64,000 nucleotides of DNA from Candidatus Babeliales bacterium. GTDB lineage: Bacteria; Babelota; Babeliae; Babelales; JBFXEV01. A model generated the notes under the pieces. The model saw only the letters and a list, made by a program, of their open reading frames with translations, did no database searches and was not told where the DNA came from. The stretch spans positions 425,994 through 489,993 of the forward strand of contig JBFXEV010000001.1 of NCBI GenBank assembly GCA_050179755.1. Reading direction: 5' to 3'. This document shows, in pieces, positions 18,821-29,492 of this stretch. The position numbers were made by a program, and so were the translations under genes. Position 1 is the first letter of the stretch. Each line of letters begins with the position of its first letter.

Positions 18821-19064
18821 TCGAACCTCAATAACATGTTCCTTTGGGGCACCTTAATGTCAAAAAAATCACTTCTATTTTTAAGCCTTCTATCTATGGT
18901 AATTACTGCTCATATCTGCGCAAAACCTTGGTTCTGGGCAAGTGATTATAGCAACGCAAATGCTTAAATAATATGATAAAAATGCAATTCAGATTAGCAA
19001 CTACGAGCACTTGGTCGATTATATACGGCAAACAGTTCATAAAAGAGTACAAAACGAAAAAATT

Positions 19065-19451
19065 ATGAAAGTATTTAATCACGTACAAATAAAAGTTCTA
19101 GATTTAAATCATAGCCACCAATTTTATAAATTGATTATGGGCATATTAGGATATAATGTGGTACTGGAAATCAAAGACACTGTCATTGCTTATGGGACAA
19201 GTGTGCATGACATGTTTGAAATACGCCAAGCTACAAATGATGCAAAATTGTCGCAGTCTGTTCACATAGCTTTTAATGCAGCAACATCAGAAATGGTAGA
19301 TGCTTTTTATCAAACTGCGCTGCAAAATGGTGCAAAATGCAATGGCAGACCAGGCTTTAGGCCTGAATATGAAGAAGGTTATTATGCTGCATTTGTTATA
19401 GATCCTAATGGACATAATATTGAAGCGGTATACATTCAAAGAAAAATTTGA
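19065..19451 (+). CDS. VOC/glyoxalase family protein
   Basis: NHVQIKV, HIAFNA, GRPGFRPEY..GYYAAFVIDPNGHNIEAV. Confidence 0.85.
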   Translation: MKVFNHVQIKVLDLNHSHQFYKLIMGILGYNVVLEIKDTVIAYGTSVHDMFEIRQATNDAKLSQSVHIAFNAATSEMVDAFYQTALQNGAKCNGRPGFRPEYEEGYYAAFVIDPNGHNIEAVYIQRKI

Positions 19452-19518
19452 TTCAATGAAACAGCATTTTACTCTAACTCACGAGCATTCTTAATCATAT
19501 AAAGGAACAGGGCAATTT

Positions 19519-20076
19519 ATGAAAACAACCCAAAGCATATTACTTATTCTAAGCGCCTTCATTTCTTTTAACACACAGACAATGGATGGTGAGCAACCTT
19601 CCGCAAAGCCCACATATACTCAATTAAAAGGTGAATTTCAAGAAGCATGTAAAAATAGTACTCATGCAGAGGCTCTCAAAAAAGCTGCTGTTCTACAAGA
19701 ATTTTTTAACAATAAAAACAACCAACAAGCACACGCCTTGCTCGCAAAACATGCTTGTAGGAGTAAAGCTATTCTTTTTGGAATTGGCACCTTAGGATTT
19801 GGCGCGTTAGCAGCAGCCTCATTAGGCGCTGATCTTTTAACTTGGAGCTTTAGCTTTGGTGAATATAAAACTTCTTTTTTGGTGCCAAAAGGATTTGCGG
19901 CGGCTGCAACAGTATGCCTATTTAAAGCGATACAACAAGGCACTAAACACCGTTTAGTAACAGAAGAAAATGTATTTGACGCAGAAAAAATCTGGCTCAC
20001 TAAGCACATTAAATCTCTGGAGCCATCTGTGATTGATAAAGAACTGAGCAATGCACTGAAAACAAAGAAGGATTAA
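19519..20076 (+). CDS. Secreted protein with hydrophobic hairpin
   Basis: Signal peptide; paralog of 50519-51052 (VT.ENV..AEK.WL.K). Confidence 0.6.
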   Translation: MKTTQSILLILSAFISFNTQTMDGEQPSAKPTYTQLKGEFQEACKNSTHAEALKKAAVLQEFFNNKNNQQAHALLAKHACRSKAILFGIGTLGFGALAAASLGADLLTWSFSFGEYKTSFLVPKGFAAAATVCLFKAIQQGTKHRLVTEENVFDAEKIWLTKHIKSLEPSVIDKELSNALKTKKD

Positions 20077-20154
20077 AATAGCTACCAGCAACGTATCTAG
20101 ACCAAAAGAAGAATCAATTTGCGCAGCTAAATGCTAAAATAGATTTTCTACTAA

Positions 20155-20195
20155 AAGCCAGGCTTTTGCATAAACCATAAGCCTGGCTTGTTTAT
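20155..20195. terminator. Hairpin between convergent genes
   Basis: AAGCCAGGCTT-N13-AAGCCTGGCTT. Confidence 0.55.
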
Positions 20196-20209
20196 TTTTA
20201 AAATTTCCT

Positions 20210-21982
20210 TTAGGGAATAGGCTCCCCATGTTCTGCATACGTACGTGCCGCATGCTGCCAAAAAATAAATTCTGCAAACATTTTAGTTACTGGCAAATTC
20301 CATAATTTATGTGTAGCCCTTGCAAGATCAGCAATTGATTTTCCCGTTTCAGGATTTTTTTCATATACTGAAACTCCTTCATGGCCCCAAATAGTCTTTG
20401 CCACCCAAATAAGTTCATTGAGCTTACTCTCAAATCTATAACTATTTTGGGTCAGAAGTTCCAATCGTTTCAGGCGTTCCAATCGCTGACGAGCTTCATC
20501 TAAACATCTTGATCCTGCAAAATATTCAACCGCACCTTGCGGCAAGCGCGTGGCATGTTGCACCCCAAAGACAAACGTATCCATAGATTCATAAGGCAGG
20601 GCACGGTACTTTTTTAATAATTGAAACATAGCTTCTGAGCGAATGAAAAGAGATTCTATTTCAAATTTATACTTATGCCGCAAAAGCAGCTCGATAAAAG
20701 CACAATCATTTTCCAAAAAAGCGTGGGTGATCATGCGGTTAAAATCAGTTGAATCAAAGAGATCGCCATAACGCAGTGCCACATTGAGCGCAAGCCATAT
20801 GCGTGCAAGACGCCACTCACTTAAGATTCTCGCTATTTCTTGATTTATGATTTCTACCACTTCAACGCACGGTTTCGCATTACCACGTTTATAATCAAGT
20901 AATTTTCGTGCACGTGCATAGCGAGGATCAATATATAATGCTTTGCACGACATATCATCGCACTCTTCTGGAACTAACGGTAAGCATGACTTCATGTCTG
21001 CAGGGGTAATTTCGCGCTCAATAAGCTCAACATCTTGATGATCTATGCAATGCATATCTTGATAATTGCATGGTGGATATTGCTTAGAAGGTGGCTTTGC
21101 TGCAAGGGCATCAAGATGCGCAAGCACTATGCGGCAGGCCAAATCACCAGCGTCTGGTTGAAACTTATGCGCTTCAAGATAATCCCTGCAAGTGCTACCA
21201 GCAGCATCTTTTAAATTGAGCAGGGCGCCATGCTTTATGAGAAACAACGTAACAGGCAGCAAGTAATTTTCAGTATTTCCCGCACGATTAAGCGCTACTC
21301 TATGGAGTGGTGTACGCCCTTTAGTATCAACAGCATCAACTGGCACCCCACGCGCTATGTAAAACTTCATTAATTTGAGTGTTTCTTGCGGTGCATTTGA
21401 AGGTTGTGCGCATATATGGTGTAATACCGTGCCGCCCTCGCTATGTTCAAGTTCTTTATAATTAGCCCCTAGTATCCAGAACCATTTTGCCATTTTTTTA
21501 GTCTGTGCTAAAAAAAAGAGAGGTACTGCCGTACGAGTTTGACATAGAGTACTATCAGTTTTTTCAGTGCGCCAACAACCTGCCAAATGATTAACGTTTG
21601 GCTTATACGGCGCCACTGTTGCAACAAAACGATGTAGGTTTTTATCTGCGGCGCTTTTTAGCACGTCCACTAATCTGTAGTCACTGAGTAATGATGCACA
21701 ACATGCTGCTTTATATTGTTTTTCAAGGGTATCTAATGCCACTATCTGCTGTGCTGCCGCATCGCGAACTTCAAAGGGTGAAACGCGCAAGCGCTGTGCA
21801 GTGGAATCTTGCTCGAGCTCCCATGCTGTCCAATACCCGGTAAACGTGCAGGCATTAGCTGGCATTGGCCAATGGTGCTGTGCAAATTCTTCTGGTGTGA
21901 ATGGCTTTGCCCCTTCCATTGCCTGCACGTGTACGTGCAATGAAAGAAATAGGCATAATGGAAAAGCAAGGCTTTTATGCAT
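20210..21982 (-). CDS. Secreted ankyrin-repeat protein
   Basis: VQA-ME signal; GVPVDAVDTKGRTPLH. Paralog of 11105-13024. Confidence 0.8.
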   Translation of the reverse strand: MHKSLAFPLCLFLSLHVHVQAMEGAKPFTPEEFAQHHWPMPANACTFTGYWTAWELEQDSTAQRLRVSPFEVRDAAAQQIVALDTLEKQYKAACCASLLSDYRLVDVLKSAADKNLHRFVATVAPYKPNVNHLAGCWRTEKTDSTLCQTRTAVPLFFLAQTKKMAKWFWILGANYKELEHSEGGTVLHHICAQPSNAPQETLKLMKFYIARGVPVDAVDTKGRTPLHRVALNRAGNTENYLLPVTLFLIKHGALLNLKDAAGSTCRDYLEAHKFQPDAGDLACRIVLAHLDALAAKPPSKQYPPCNYQDMHCIDHQDVELIEREITPADMKSCLPLVPEECDDMSCKALYIDPRYARARKLLDYKRGNAKPCVEVVEIINQEIARILSEWRLARIWLALNVALRYGDLFDSTDFNRMITHAFLENDCAFIELLLRHKYKFEIESLFIRSEAMFQLLKKYRALPYESMDTFVFGVQHATRLPQGAVEYFAGSRCLDEARQRLERLKRLELLTQNSYRFESKLNELIWVAKTIWGHEGVSVYEKNPETGKSIADLARATHKLWNLPVTKMFAEFIFWQHAARTYAEHGEPIP

Positions 21983-22001
21983 TAAGTAATAACATCTTTC
22001 T

Positions 22002-22730
22002 CTAAAAAATTTTCTTGTCAGATGTGTCTTTAATATTTTGTAACGCTAGCTTCAAATAAAATAGCGTTTCCACTTTTAAATTCGCTTGAACCCATTTTCT
22101 TTGCTCTGCGCTCAAAAGTTCGCCCAGACCTGTCAAAATCTGTTTATCATCAAACTTTTCAAGAGCTTCAATTACTTGTACTAAAAAATCTTGATAGGGC
22201 ATGCCAGTACGCGATTGTATAAGATCTTGATTAATAGGCCATTGCTCTTTCAAAAAATACCATACATCATAAATATCTCGATTTGCATTGCCCAACCTAT
22301 TATACATTGCCATAAGCTTATGGGCAGACATATCAGTTTTTACCATAACGCGCATAGGGATCCCTAGATAGTTCATTATGTGATACTGAGAACCAAATTG
22401 CCGCTTATTAATTTCCACTTTTATATTGGCAGCATTTGGTACTTTCCCCTCATATGATAGCAAAAAAAATAGAGTATATCGTTTATCGTAGGCTTTTTTT
22501 ACTATGCCATATTTTTCTATATGCCTGTTAATACCTTCAAAGATAATTTTTTCATCAGGCTCATTAAGTAGATCAAAATCTAAGTCAACAGAAAAGCGCG
22601 GTAACCCATAGAAAAGCATTGCTGCAGTACCTCCCTTAAATCCAAGATAAGGTGTAAGTGATGTATCCCTAAAAATATCTTTTAAAATACTCACCAGAAT
22701 GTTTTTATGGAATTCAGGATTACGCGTCAT
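22002..22730 (-). CDS. abiEii: AbiEii-family nucleotidyltransferase toxin (type IV TA)
   Basis: FKGGTAAMLFYGLPRFSVDLDF, KVEIN, RDIYD. Probable start 22730. Confidence 0.85.
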   Translation of the reverse strand: MTRNPEFHKNILVSILKDIFRDTSLTPYLGFKGGTAAMLFYGLPRFSVDLDFDLLNEPDEKIIFEGINRHIEKYGIVKKAYDKRYTLFFLLSYEGKVPNAANIKVEINKRQFGSQYHIMNYLGIPMRVMVKTDMSAHKLMAMYNRLGNANRDIYDVWYFLKEQWPINQDLIQSRTGMPYQDFLVQVIEALEKFDDKQILTGLGELLSAEQRKWVQANLKVETLFYLKLALQNIKDTSDKKIF

Positions 22731-23307
22731 TTTTTTCCTTATAATCTTTATAAAGCATATGCACTTTTTCTTCAAGACGCTTATTTGCATAAAGCGGAAG
22801 CAGCTCAAAAACTGTATCCCAATTAACTACCGAAAGATTGTCAACCCCAAAGCCTTTATGAAGATAAAGCATATCTAGCAATGCACGCTCTGGCGTTGCT
22901 ATACTATACTGATTTTCAATTGTAATGCCTTGTGAATTGGTCAAAAGAGGGCCTTTAATTTTTCTGTATTCATACGTTTGGCCATCACATTCAATAATTC
23001 TAGTTTGATACGAAGCCACAAAAATTCTTTGATACCACTGAAAAATAACCCCCGATTGCAGCAAAACTGTTTCAAAACTAATATATGATGGAGTTAATAT
23101 TTTTGTAGCTACTTCAAATCGATTATAATCTTTATTCTTAGCGTAAAGCCCACGCCTGATATGATACAGATAACCCCGCTTTATATAATAACTAAGGCGT
23201 GACCTCAGGAGCGCAGGATCCGCTTTACCCCACATCAAAAATAACTCTTTAGTTGAAAACACGGTTTGAGATGAGCTTAGAATATCTTTTAAAAGTGTAT
23301 CATGCAT
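22720..23307 (-). CDS. abiEi: AbiEi-family antitoxin
   Basis: IRRGLYA, PSYISFETVL, ATPERALLDMLY; overlaps the toxin start. Confidence 0.85.
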   Translation of the reverse strand: MHDTLLKDILSSSQTVFSTKELFLMWGKADPALLRSRLSYYIKRGYLYHIRRGLYAKNKDYNRFEVATKILTPSYISFETVLLQSGVIFQWYQRIFVASYQTRIIECDGQTYEYRKIKGPLLTNSQGITIENQYSIATPERALLDMLYLHKGFGVDNLSVVNWDTVFELLPLYANKRLEEKVHMLYKDYKEKNDA

Positions 23308-23320
23308 AAAACCTCGTATG

Positions 23321-23357
23321 AAAGCTAATAATAAGAATTTTTCTTATCTTTAGCTTT
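23321..23357. promoter_or_regulatory. Putative AbiEi operator inverted repeat
   Basis: AAAGCTAATAATAAGAA-TTT-TTCTTATCTTTAGCTTT (15/17 arms) just upstream of abiEi. Confidence 0.6.
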
Positions 23358-23424
23358 AATCTTACACAAATTTGTAAAGAAGGAAAGATCCCTCTCACTA
23401 CGAGGCATTTGATCATTTTACCGC

Positions 23425-23474
23425 TTGACCAATATATCAAACTGATATATACTGAATATATCATAATGATACAT
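23425..23474 (+). promoter_or_regulatory. Sigma70 promoter with two tandem PadR-type operators
   Basis: TTGACC-N17-TATACT overlapped by ATATATCA-AAC-TGATATAT (23432-23450) and ATATATCA-TAA-TGATACAT (23456-23474). Confidence 0.7.
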
Positions 23475-23495
23475 CAATTAAGCGTAAGGTAAAAC

Positions 23496-24053
23496 ATGGC
23501 AAAAAGCAGCAAAAGCCCCTATGCAATTCTAGGCATGCTAGCCTTATTAAAGAAAAGCTCAGGATATGACTTAAAAAAACATATGGCCGCAAGTACCGAG
23601 TATTTTTGGAAAGAAACCTATAGTTCCATTTACCCCGTGCTTGAAAGCTTAGAAAAACAGCGCTTAATTGAAAAGGTGACAACAACGCGCACGAGCGACC
23701 GCAAGCGCAACGTTTACGCGCTCACGCCCCAAGGCCATGCAATTTTTAAAGAATGGTTGCAGCAACCAGCAGAAAGCATGCAATTAAGAAACGAGTTGCT
23801 ACTTAAATTATTTTTTGGTGGCATGATGCCGCCTGAGATGAGCATTAAACAGCTAGAGCAACAAAAAAAGGAACTTAAAAGTAAATTGGCAACCTATCAA
23901 GAAATTAAAAAAGAATTAGAAGCACTTGATACGCAAGAATCTCTCTATTCGTTACTCACACTTGATCATGGCATACGCCTTACAAGTTGTTCTTTAGACT
24001 GGTGCGATAATGCCATAAAAACACTAATAAAATTAGATCGTCAAAGACATTAA
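23496..24053 (+). CDS. PadR/AphA family transcriptional regulator
   Basis: SGYDLKK...FW....SIYPVL, RKRNVYALT..G, ELLLKLFF. Confidence 0.85.
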   Translation: MAKSSKSPYAILGMLALLKKSSGYDLKKHMAASTEYFWKETYSSIYPVLESLEKQRLIEKVTTTRTSDRKRNVYALTPQGHAIFKEWLQQPAESMQLRNELLLKLFFGGMMPPEMSIKQLEQQKKELKSKLATYQEIKKELEALDTQESLYSLLTLDHGIRLTSCSLDWCDNAIKTLIKLDRQRH

Positions 24054-24076
24054 TTTATCCAAATGGAGGATTCACT

Positions 24077-26674
24077 ATGTTACCCAATTTCAGTTGTACG
24101 CATTGCAAAGATGCACTACCCACTGCTCCCAAGCAAGATCGCATTATTGTGCATGGCGCCAAAGAACATAATCTAAAAAATATTTGTTTTGAGATACCAA
24201 AAGGTAAACTTGTTGCCTTAACAGGGCCATCAGGCTCTGGTAAATCTTCACTTGCCACCGATATTTTGCAAAAAGAATGCGTGCGGCAATTCTTGGAATC
24301 GCTTGGCATGACCACCGATCATCTAGAAAAAGCAAAAGTAGATAAGATCATGGGATTATCGCCTTCTATTGGCGTGAGCCAACGCGCTGCCGAGTTTAAT
24401 CCACGCTCAACTGTAGGCACCAAAACGGGTATTCTGACTATTTTACGCACTATGTTTGCAGCATTAGGGCAGCAGCCATGCGCAGGCTGTGGTGCATTAG
24501 TTAAGCAACCGTTACAAGATAAAGAAAATTTACACACTATTGAAGTAGAAGAAGGCAATGCCGATTCTTTAAAGAAAAGAAAAATAAGCTATTTTAATTG
24601 CCCCCACTGTAGCCACCAACTTGAGAAGTTACAGATGGCTCATTTTTCAAACAATACCATTGCAGGAGCATGCTCCACGTGTAAAGGTATTGGCAAAACT
24701 CTGGCAATTAATCTTACTGCGCTACTTGATGAAGAAAGAACGCTCCAAGATGGCGCAGTGCGTTTATGGGATGCCGCAACAGCAACGTATTATCAAAACG
24801 CAATTCTTGCATCAAGCAAGCATTATAATTTTACATTTGATCCTACACTACCACTTAAAAACTATACAACAGAACAAAAAAACTTTTTGCTCTATGGTAT
24901 ATCGTTTCCTGATTTTGCAAAAGCCAATAAGGATATCAAAGCGCCAAAAAAAGTAAGCGATGGAAACTTTGAAGGCGTTGCGACTGCGTTACTCAACATG
25001 CATAAAAAAAATCCAGAAACCACGAGTGCTGAAAGCAAACAATTCATTATGCATGCGCCGTGCATAGCATGCGCAAGCACCGGGCTTTCCGCATTAGGGC
25101 GCACAGCAACGGTTGATAAAAAAACTATTACCACTGTTACCAACCTAAGCCTTAATGAACTTCTTGCATGGATAGAAAACCTAGATACCACCATAACGCA
25201 CGATGTAGTGCCTATTTTTACCGCTTTTAAAAGCGCACTTACCGAGCGCACGGCAAACATAGTAGAAGTTGGTTTAGAGTATCTTACGCTTGATCGCATG
25301 CTGCCCTCACTTTCTGGCGGGGAATTGCAACGCGTAAAACTTGCAAGTTTACTAGGCAGCGGATTGACCGGCATGCTCTATGTATTTGATGAACCAACAA
25401 CTGGCTTGCACCCCCATGATACTGCCAAATTATTAGCAACGATTCGGAAATTGCAAGAAGCTGGCAACACGGTGCTTATTATTGAACACGATACAGAAGT
25501 TATCAAGCACGCTGATTATATTATAGATATGGGCCCTGGTGGCGGCACAAATGGCGGCGAAATTGTAATTACCGGCACGCCGGCAGATGTTAGAGCGTGT
25601 GCTGCATCAAGCACGGGTAGTTATTTGGCCAAACAAGTTGTCATTAAAGAGTATGTACGTGCACGTGATTATGGCGCGCTCACCATACGGGGTGCTAGCG
25701 CCTATAACTTAAAAAACATAGATGTATCTATTCCGCTTAAACAGTTTGTGGTACTCACCGGTGTTTCTGGTTCAGGAAAATCAACGTTCTTATTTGATAT
25801 TATAGATAAAGTAGTCCGCAAGCATCTTAACCGTGCAAGCGAACTTCCCGGTAAGCATACTGCTGTTGAAGGGTTGGAACATGTTAATCGTGTAATAACC
25901 GTTGATCAAGTTGCCATTGGTAATACAAAATCATCAAGGTCAAACATTGCCACGTACTCAAAATTATTTGATGCTATTCGTGATCTTTTTGCTGCATTGC
26001 CCACTGCCAAATCGCGCGGCTTTGATGCGCAAGCATTTTCATTTAATACATCAAACGAACGTTGCGGGAATTGCAACGGCGCGGGCGTGGTGGCAATTGA
26101 TATGGCGTTTATGCCAGATATAGAAGCCGAATGCCCTGCGTGCAACGGCATGCGATTTAGTGCAAGATTATTAGAAGTACAATTTCAGGGCTATCATGTT
26201 GCACAAATTTTAGGAATGACCATCTGCCAAGCCCTGGTGCTTTTTAGACATGAAAAAAAGATTTTTGCACTGCTTGATATCATGCGCCGCGTTAGTTTGG
26301 AACATTTAAAATTAGGCCAATCAACGAGCACGTTATCTGGCGGTGAAGCGCAACGGCTTAAATTATCGGCAGAACTTGCAAAAGCAGAAAGCGGCAATAC
26401 GCTTTATTTACTTGATGAACCAACCACCGGTTTGCATCCACAAGAAGTTGAAAAATTACTGGGTATTTTACAAGAACTGGTGCTCAAGGGTAACACGGTT
26501 GTGATCATTGAACATAAATTAGAAGCCATATGCCAAGCGGATACCATTATTGATTTTGGCCCGGGCGGCGGCAAAGCCGGCGGCAACATTGTTGCAATGG
26601 GCACTGTGCAAGCAGTTATGGCGCAACAAGATTCTTTAACCGGCCAAGCGCTAAAGGTTTATTTAAATGAGTAA
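24077..26674 (+). CDS. UvrA-like ABC ATPase (class II, DrrC-like)
   Basis: Two Walker A motifs (GPSGSGKS, GVSGSGKS), LSGGE signatures and Zn fingers. Shorter than canonical UvrA and under PadR control. Confidence 0.85.
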   Translation: MLPNFSCTHCKDALPTAPKQDRIIVHGAKEHNLKNICFEIPKGKLVALTGPSGSGKSSLATDILQKECVRQFLESLGMTTDHLEKAKVDKIMGLSPSIGVSQRAAEFNPRSTVGTKTGILTILRTMFAALGQQPCAGCGALVKQPLQDKENLHTIEVEEGNADSLKKRKISYFNCPHCSHQLEKLQMAHFSNNTIAGACSTCKGIGKTLAINLTALLDEERTLQDGAVRLWDAATATYYQNAILASSKHYNFTFDPTLPLKNYTTEQKNFLLYGISFPDFAKANKDIKAPKKVSDGNFEGVATALLNMHKKNPETTSAESKQFIMHAPCIACASTGLSALGRTATVDKKTITTVTNLSLNELLAWIENLDTTITHDVVPIFTAFKSALTERTANIVEVGLEYLTLDRMLPSLSGGELQRVKLASLLGSGLTGMLYVFDEPTTGLHPHDTAKLLATIRKLQEAGNTVLIIEHDTEVIKHADYIIDMGPGGGTNGGEIVITGTPADVRACAASSTGSYLAKQVVIKEYVRARDYGALTIRGASAYNLKNIDVSIPLKQFVVLTGVSGSGKSTFLFDIIDKVVRKHLNRASELPGKHTAVEGLEHVNRVITVDQVAIGNTKSSRSNIATYSKLFDAIRDLFAALPTAKSRGFDAQAFSFNTSNERCGNCNGAGVVAIDMAFMPDIEAECPACNGMRFSARLLEVQFQGYHVAQILGMTICQALVLFRHEKKIFALLDIMRRVSLEHLKLGQSTSTLSGGEAQRLKLSAELAKAESGNTLYLLDEPTTGLHPQEVEKLLGILQELVLKGNTVVIIEHKLEAICQADTIIDFGPGGGKAGGNIVAMGTVQAVMAQQDSLTGQALKVYLNE

Positions 26675-26698
26675 CGATCAAGTTTCTTTGGTAATAAC

Positions 26699-27184
26699 TT
26701 AAGAATCTTTTTTGACAGCAACCACACTGCCATTAGTTATTTGTACTAATTCTTCTAGTGTTAATTTAAATACGGCATTGTGTGTTCCTGCAGCAGCCCA
26801 AATTTCAGCATACTGCATAAGATCTTGATCAATGAGCGTTTGATATTCAAAGGTAAATCCTACGGGTGACACGCCACCGATTGCATAAGCCGTATGCTTT
26901 TCCACAAAGTCTGCATCGGGCCGCTCAATAGCTTCCCCAATGATCTGCGCGATCTTCTTTTCATCCACACGATTGGCGCCGCTTGCAATCACGCACAGCG
27001 GCTTATCACTTGCTTTGCCTTTAAAAATAAGCGTCTTTGCAATTTGCCCGAGTTCACAACCAATGGCAGTAGCAGCTTCTTGCGAGGTCCGCGTAAGTTC
27101 AGAAAACTCAACAATGTTAGTCTGTATACCGTACTGGAGTAACGCATCTTGCACGCGTTGCACCGATTTTTTTATTGTAGTCAT
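26699..27184 (-). CDS. YbaK/EbsC aminoacyl-tRNA deacylase family
   Basis: QIAKTLIF, IGGVSPVG, WAAAG. Confidence 0.85.
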   Translation of the reverse strand: MTTIKKSVQRVQDALLQYGIQTNIVEFSELTRTSQEAATAIGCELGQIAKTLIFKGKASDKPLCVIASGANRVDEKKIAQIIGEAIERPDADFVEKHTAYAIGGVSPVGFTFEYQTLIDQDLMQYAEIWAAAGTHNAVFKLTLEELVQITNGSVVAVKKDS

Positions 27185-27192
27185 GACGAATT

Positions 27193-27549
27193 TTAAGCAC
27201 TTTTCTTTTCAAATGGCCGCGCATCAAAGAATATCTCATTTTTAAAGATAAGCCCATCTTTAAACGTCATAAGCACCGCAGTTTTAAGAATGCCCAAAGG
27301 CTGTGGGTATTCCACATCGCACGCAAGCATTACCTGATCACCGGCACCACATGCGGCTCGTATAGTAATACTTTGAACATGCGGCATAAAAAGTTTAAGT
27401 GCTTTCAAAACCGCTTCTTTGCCCACAAGGCTATCCATAGGGCTAGTGACGATAACTTCGGGATGAAGATACTTTTCTAAACTTGCGGCATCTTTAGCGC
27501 CTATTGCTTGGTAATACGCTTGCGCGGTGGCTATATTTTTTTGAGTCAT
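27193..27549 (-). CDS. SnoaL-like (NTF2) protein
   Basis: YLHPEV...P, MTFKDGLI....IFFDARPF. Confidence 0.75.
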   Translation of the reverse strand: MTQKNIATAQAYYQAIGAKDAASLEKYLHPEVIVTSPMDSLVGKEAVLKALKLFMPHVQSITIRAACGAGDQVMLACDVEYPQPLGILKTAVLMTFKDGLIFKNEIFFDARPFEKKSA

Positions 27550-27593
27550 GTGATTCACCTTTCTGATCAATTAACGTTGCATTTCATAATTCA

Positions 27594-27609
27594 ATATAGT
27601 AAACTATAT
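27594..27609. promoter_or_regulatory. Putative TetR operator
   Basis: ATATAGT-AA-ACTATAT palindrome in the divergent intergenic region. Confidence 0.55.
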
Positions 27610-27643
27610 CTAATATGTCAACACTTACACCACGAATAGTACT

Positions 27644-28264
27644 ATGTCAGCACAAAAAAGATCTTATAATGCAGATTCCAGGCAGGCGCAAGCGCAAAAA
27701 AATAAAGAGCGTATTTTGGCTACTGCACAAAAACTTTTTGAATCAAAAGGTTTTACCAAGGTAACCATTGAGCAGATCGCCCAAAAGGCAGAAGTATCAG
27801 TGCCATCAATCTATGCGATCTTTAAATCAAAAATAGGCATATTAAGAGAATTAATTGATACCGCTTTGCCAAGCACTGAGCGCGAAGCGCTTATACATCG
27901 CGCCAAAACAGAAAAGTCTCCTAAAGAACGGCTCAGAATCACCGCCGCCATCACGCGTCAACTCTATGACGCAGAGCATGCACAGCTGGGTTTATTGCAG
28001 CATGCAGCAATTCTTGATCCACTGTTTAAAAAATTACAGCAGGAGCGCGAGCAACGGCGCTATAAACGGCTAGAGGAATCAATGAACATCATGGCGCAAG
28101 AGAAGGGATTTGCAAAAGACCTTACCACATCACAAGCGCATGATATTTTGTGGGCATTCACCGGGAGAGATCTGTATCGCCTGCTTGTCATTGAGCGTGG
28201 CTGGTCATCTAATGACTATGAAAAATGGCTCGGGAATACATTGGTAAAAGCGCTGCTGAAGTAA
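27644..28264 (+). CDS. TetR/AcrR family regulator
   Basis: RILATAQKLF...TIEQIAQKAEVS..SIY..FKSK helix-turn-helix. Confidence 0.85.
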   Translation: MSAQKRSYNADSRQAQAQKNKERILATAQKLFESKGFTKVTIEQIAQKAEVSVPSIYAIFKSKIGILRELIDTALPSTEREALIHRAKTEKSPKERLRITAAITRQLYDAEHAQLGLLQHAAILDPLFKKLQQEREQRRYKRLEESMNIMAQEKGFAKDLTTSQAHDILWAFTGRDLYRLLVIERGWSSNDYEKWLGNTLVKALLK

Positions 28265-28266
28265 TC

Positions 28267-29427
28267 TTATGGAATAGTTGCCCGGAACGCTCTTTCAATA
28301 TCGTTATTCTTATTTTTTAGATACTTATCAAAAAAAGCGACAATGTAATTTGTAGTACGCTCTGTAACTTTTTGGCCACTTAATGTGCCTATGCCAAATC
28401 GTAAATGCAACAATGGCTCAAGCAATGCATTCTCTTTCAGAAAAATTGCATCACCAAAAGACATGTGCCCTGCACCATTAATGACCACACGATACACATC
28501 GCTCATTTGCTGTGCGTGCAATTTCTCTTTCATGAACGTAGCTTTTCCTAAGATTTTATTTAAATCAGCACGTGATCTAAAGCCATAATTCATTAACTGA
28601 TCATCCCTAATGCCTTCAAGCATTTGCGCCCAAGTAACACTTTCTTCTGCAATAATGTGCATAAATGGTTTATTGAAATTAACCAATAACTCTTTATCAC
28701 CAAAAATACCACCATCTATATTTAAGCCTACCTTGATCTCTTGCAATCTATGCGTTGCAAAAAGTGCCGTAGAACCTCCCACGGAGTGCCCAAAAATACC
28801 TATCGCTTCAGGATTAAGGCTCTTATATAAGAGCGAATCACTATTTGCATTAAGCTTTTTAAGTTCTTTAACAACAAACGCAATGTCAGTAACAAACATA
28901 TCGGTAAACTGCTGCTCTTTTTCCACCGTATCAAGATTCAACTTGACACCTTCAACAATACGCCCATCAGGAAAAACAACGTGCTCAGAAAAATAGGTAT
29001 AATCAATAGCCACCACAATGTAGCCATAACTTGCAACGTGCTCACATAAAGCCGTATTCATGGTTCGCATTTGAGCACACCCGGGCGAAAAAATCAGTAC
29101 GGGATATGGAGCATTTTGTTGATTCAAAGAAGCATTTAATTTTTCATACACAAAGATTTGATCTAAAGAGTCTAATTGCGCTTTGGTAGCATTGCCGATG
29201 GCATTAATTTGCGCTTTCCAATACGTTATAGCATCCGGCGCATATGCCGTTGGCAACACGTCATTAACAGCACCCTCTGTTGGATACCACACTTGAATCA
29301 TAAGTTCTCTGTGTGCTGGATCACTCGCAAATTCATTCATGCGTGACGTGTCAATCAAATGAACTGCCATTGAACCTACAGCATAAAACCCCGTAGGCTT
29401 TGGAAGATAAATTGCATTGCTGTTCAT
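28267..29427 (-). CDS. Alpha/beta hydrolase (PAF-acetylhydrolase-like)
   Basis: LPKPTG.YAVG, RELM.QVWYP, GHSVGG nucleophile elbow, GHMSFGD. Start uncertain (29427 or 29496). Confidence 0.8.
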   Translation of the reverse strand: MNSNAIYLPKPTGFYAVGSMAVHLIDTSRMNEFASDPAHRELMIQVWYPTEGAVNDVLPTAYAPDAITYWKAQINAIGNATKAQLDSLDQIFVYEKLNASLNQQNAPYPVLIFSPGCAQMRTMNTALCEHVASYGYIVVAIDYTYFSEHVVFPDGRIVEGVKLNLDTVEKEQQFTDMFVTDIAFVVKELKKLNANSDSLLYKSLNPEAIGIFGHSVGGSTALFATHRLQEIKVGLNIDGGIFGDKELLVNFNKPFMHIIAEESVTWAQMLEGIRDDQLMNYGFRSRADLNKILGKATFMKEKLHAQQMSDVYRVVINGAGHMSFGDAIFLKENALLEPLLHLRFGIGTLSGQKVTERTTNYIVAFFDKYLKNKNNDIERAFRATIP

Positions 29428-29492
29428 ACAAAAAACTCCGTTTATTAAAAAAAGATTTAAAAATAATACACAAATAATATAGCTATCAGCTA

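Noticed and set aside
24077..26674. Canonical uvrA
   Set aside because: Short, diverged and PadR-linked, so more like class II UvrA; symbol withheld.
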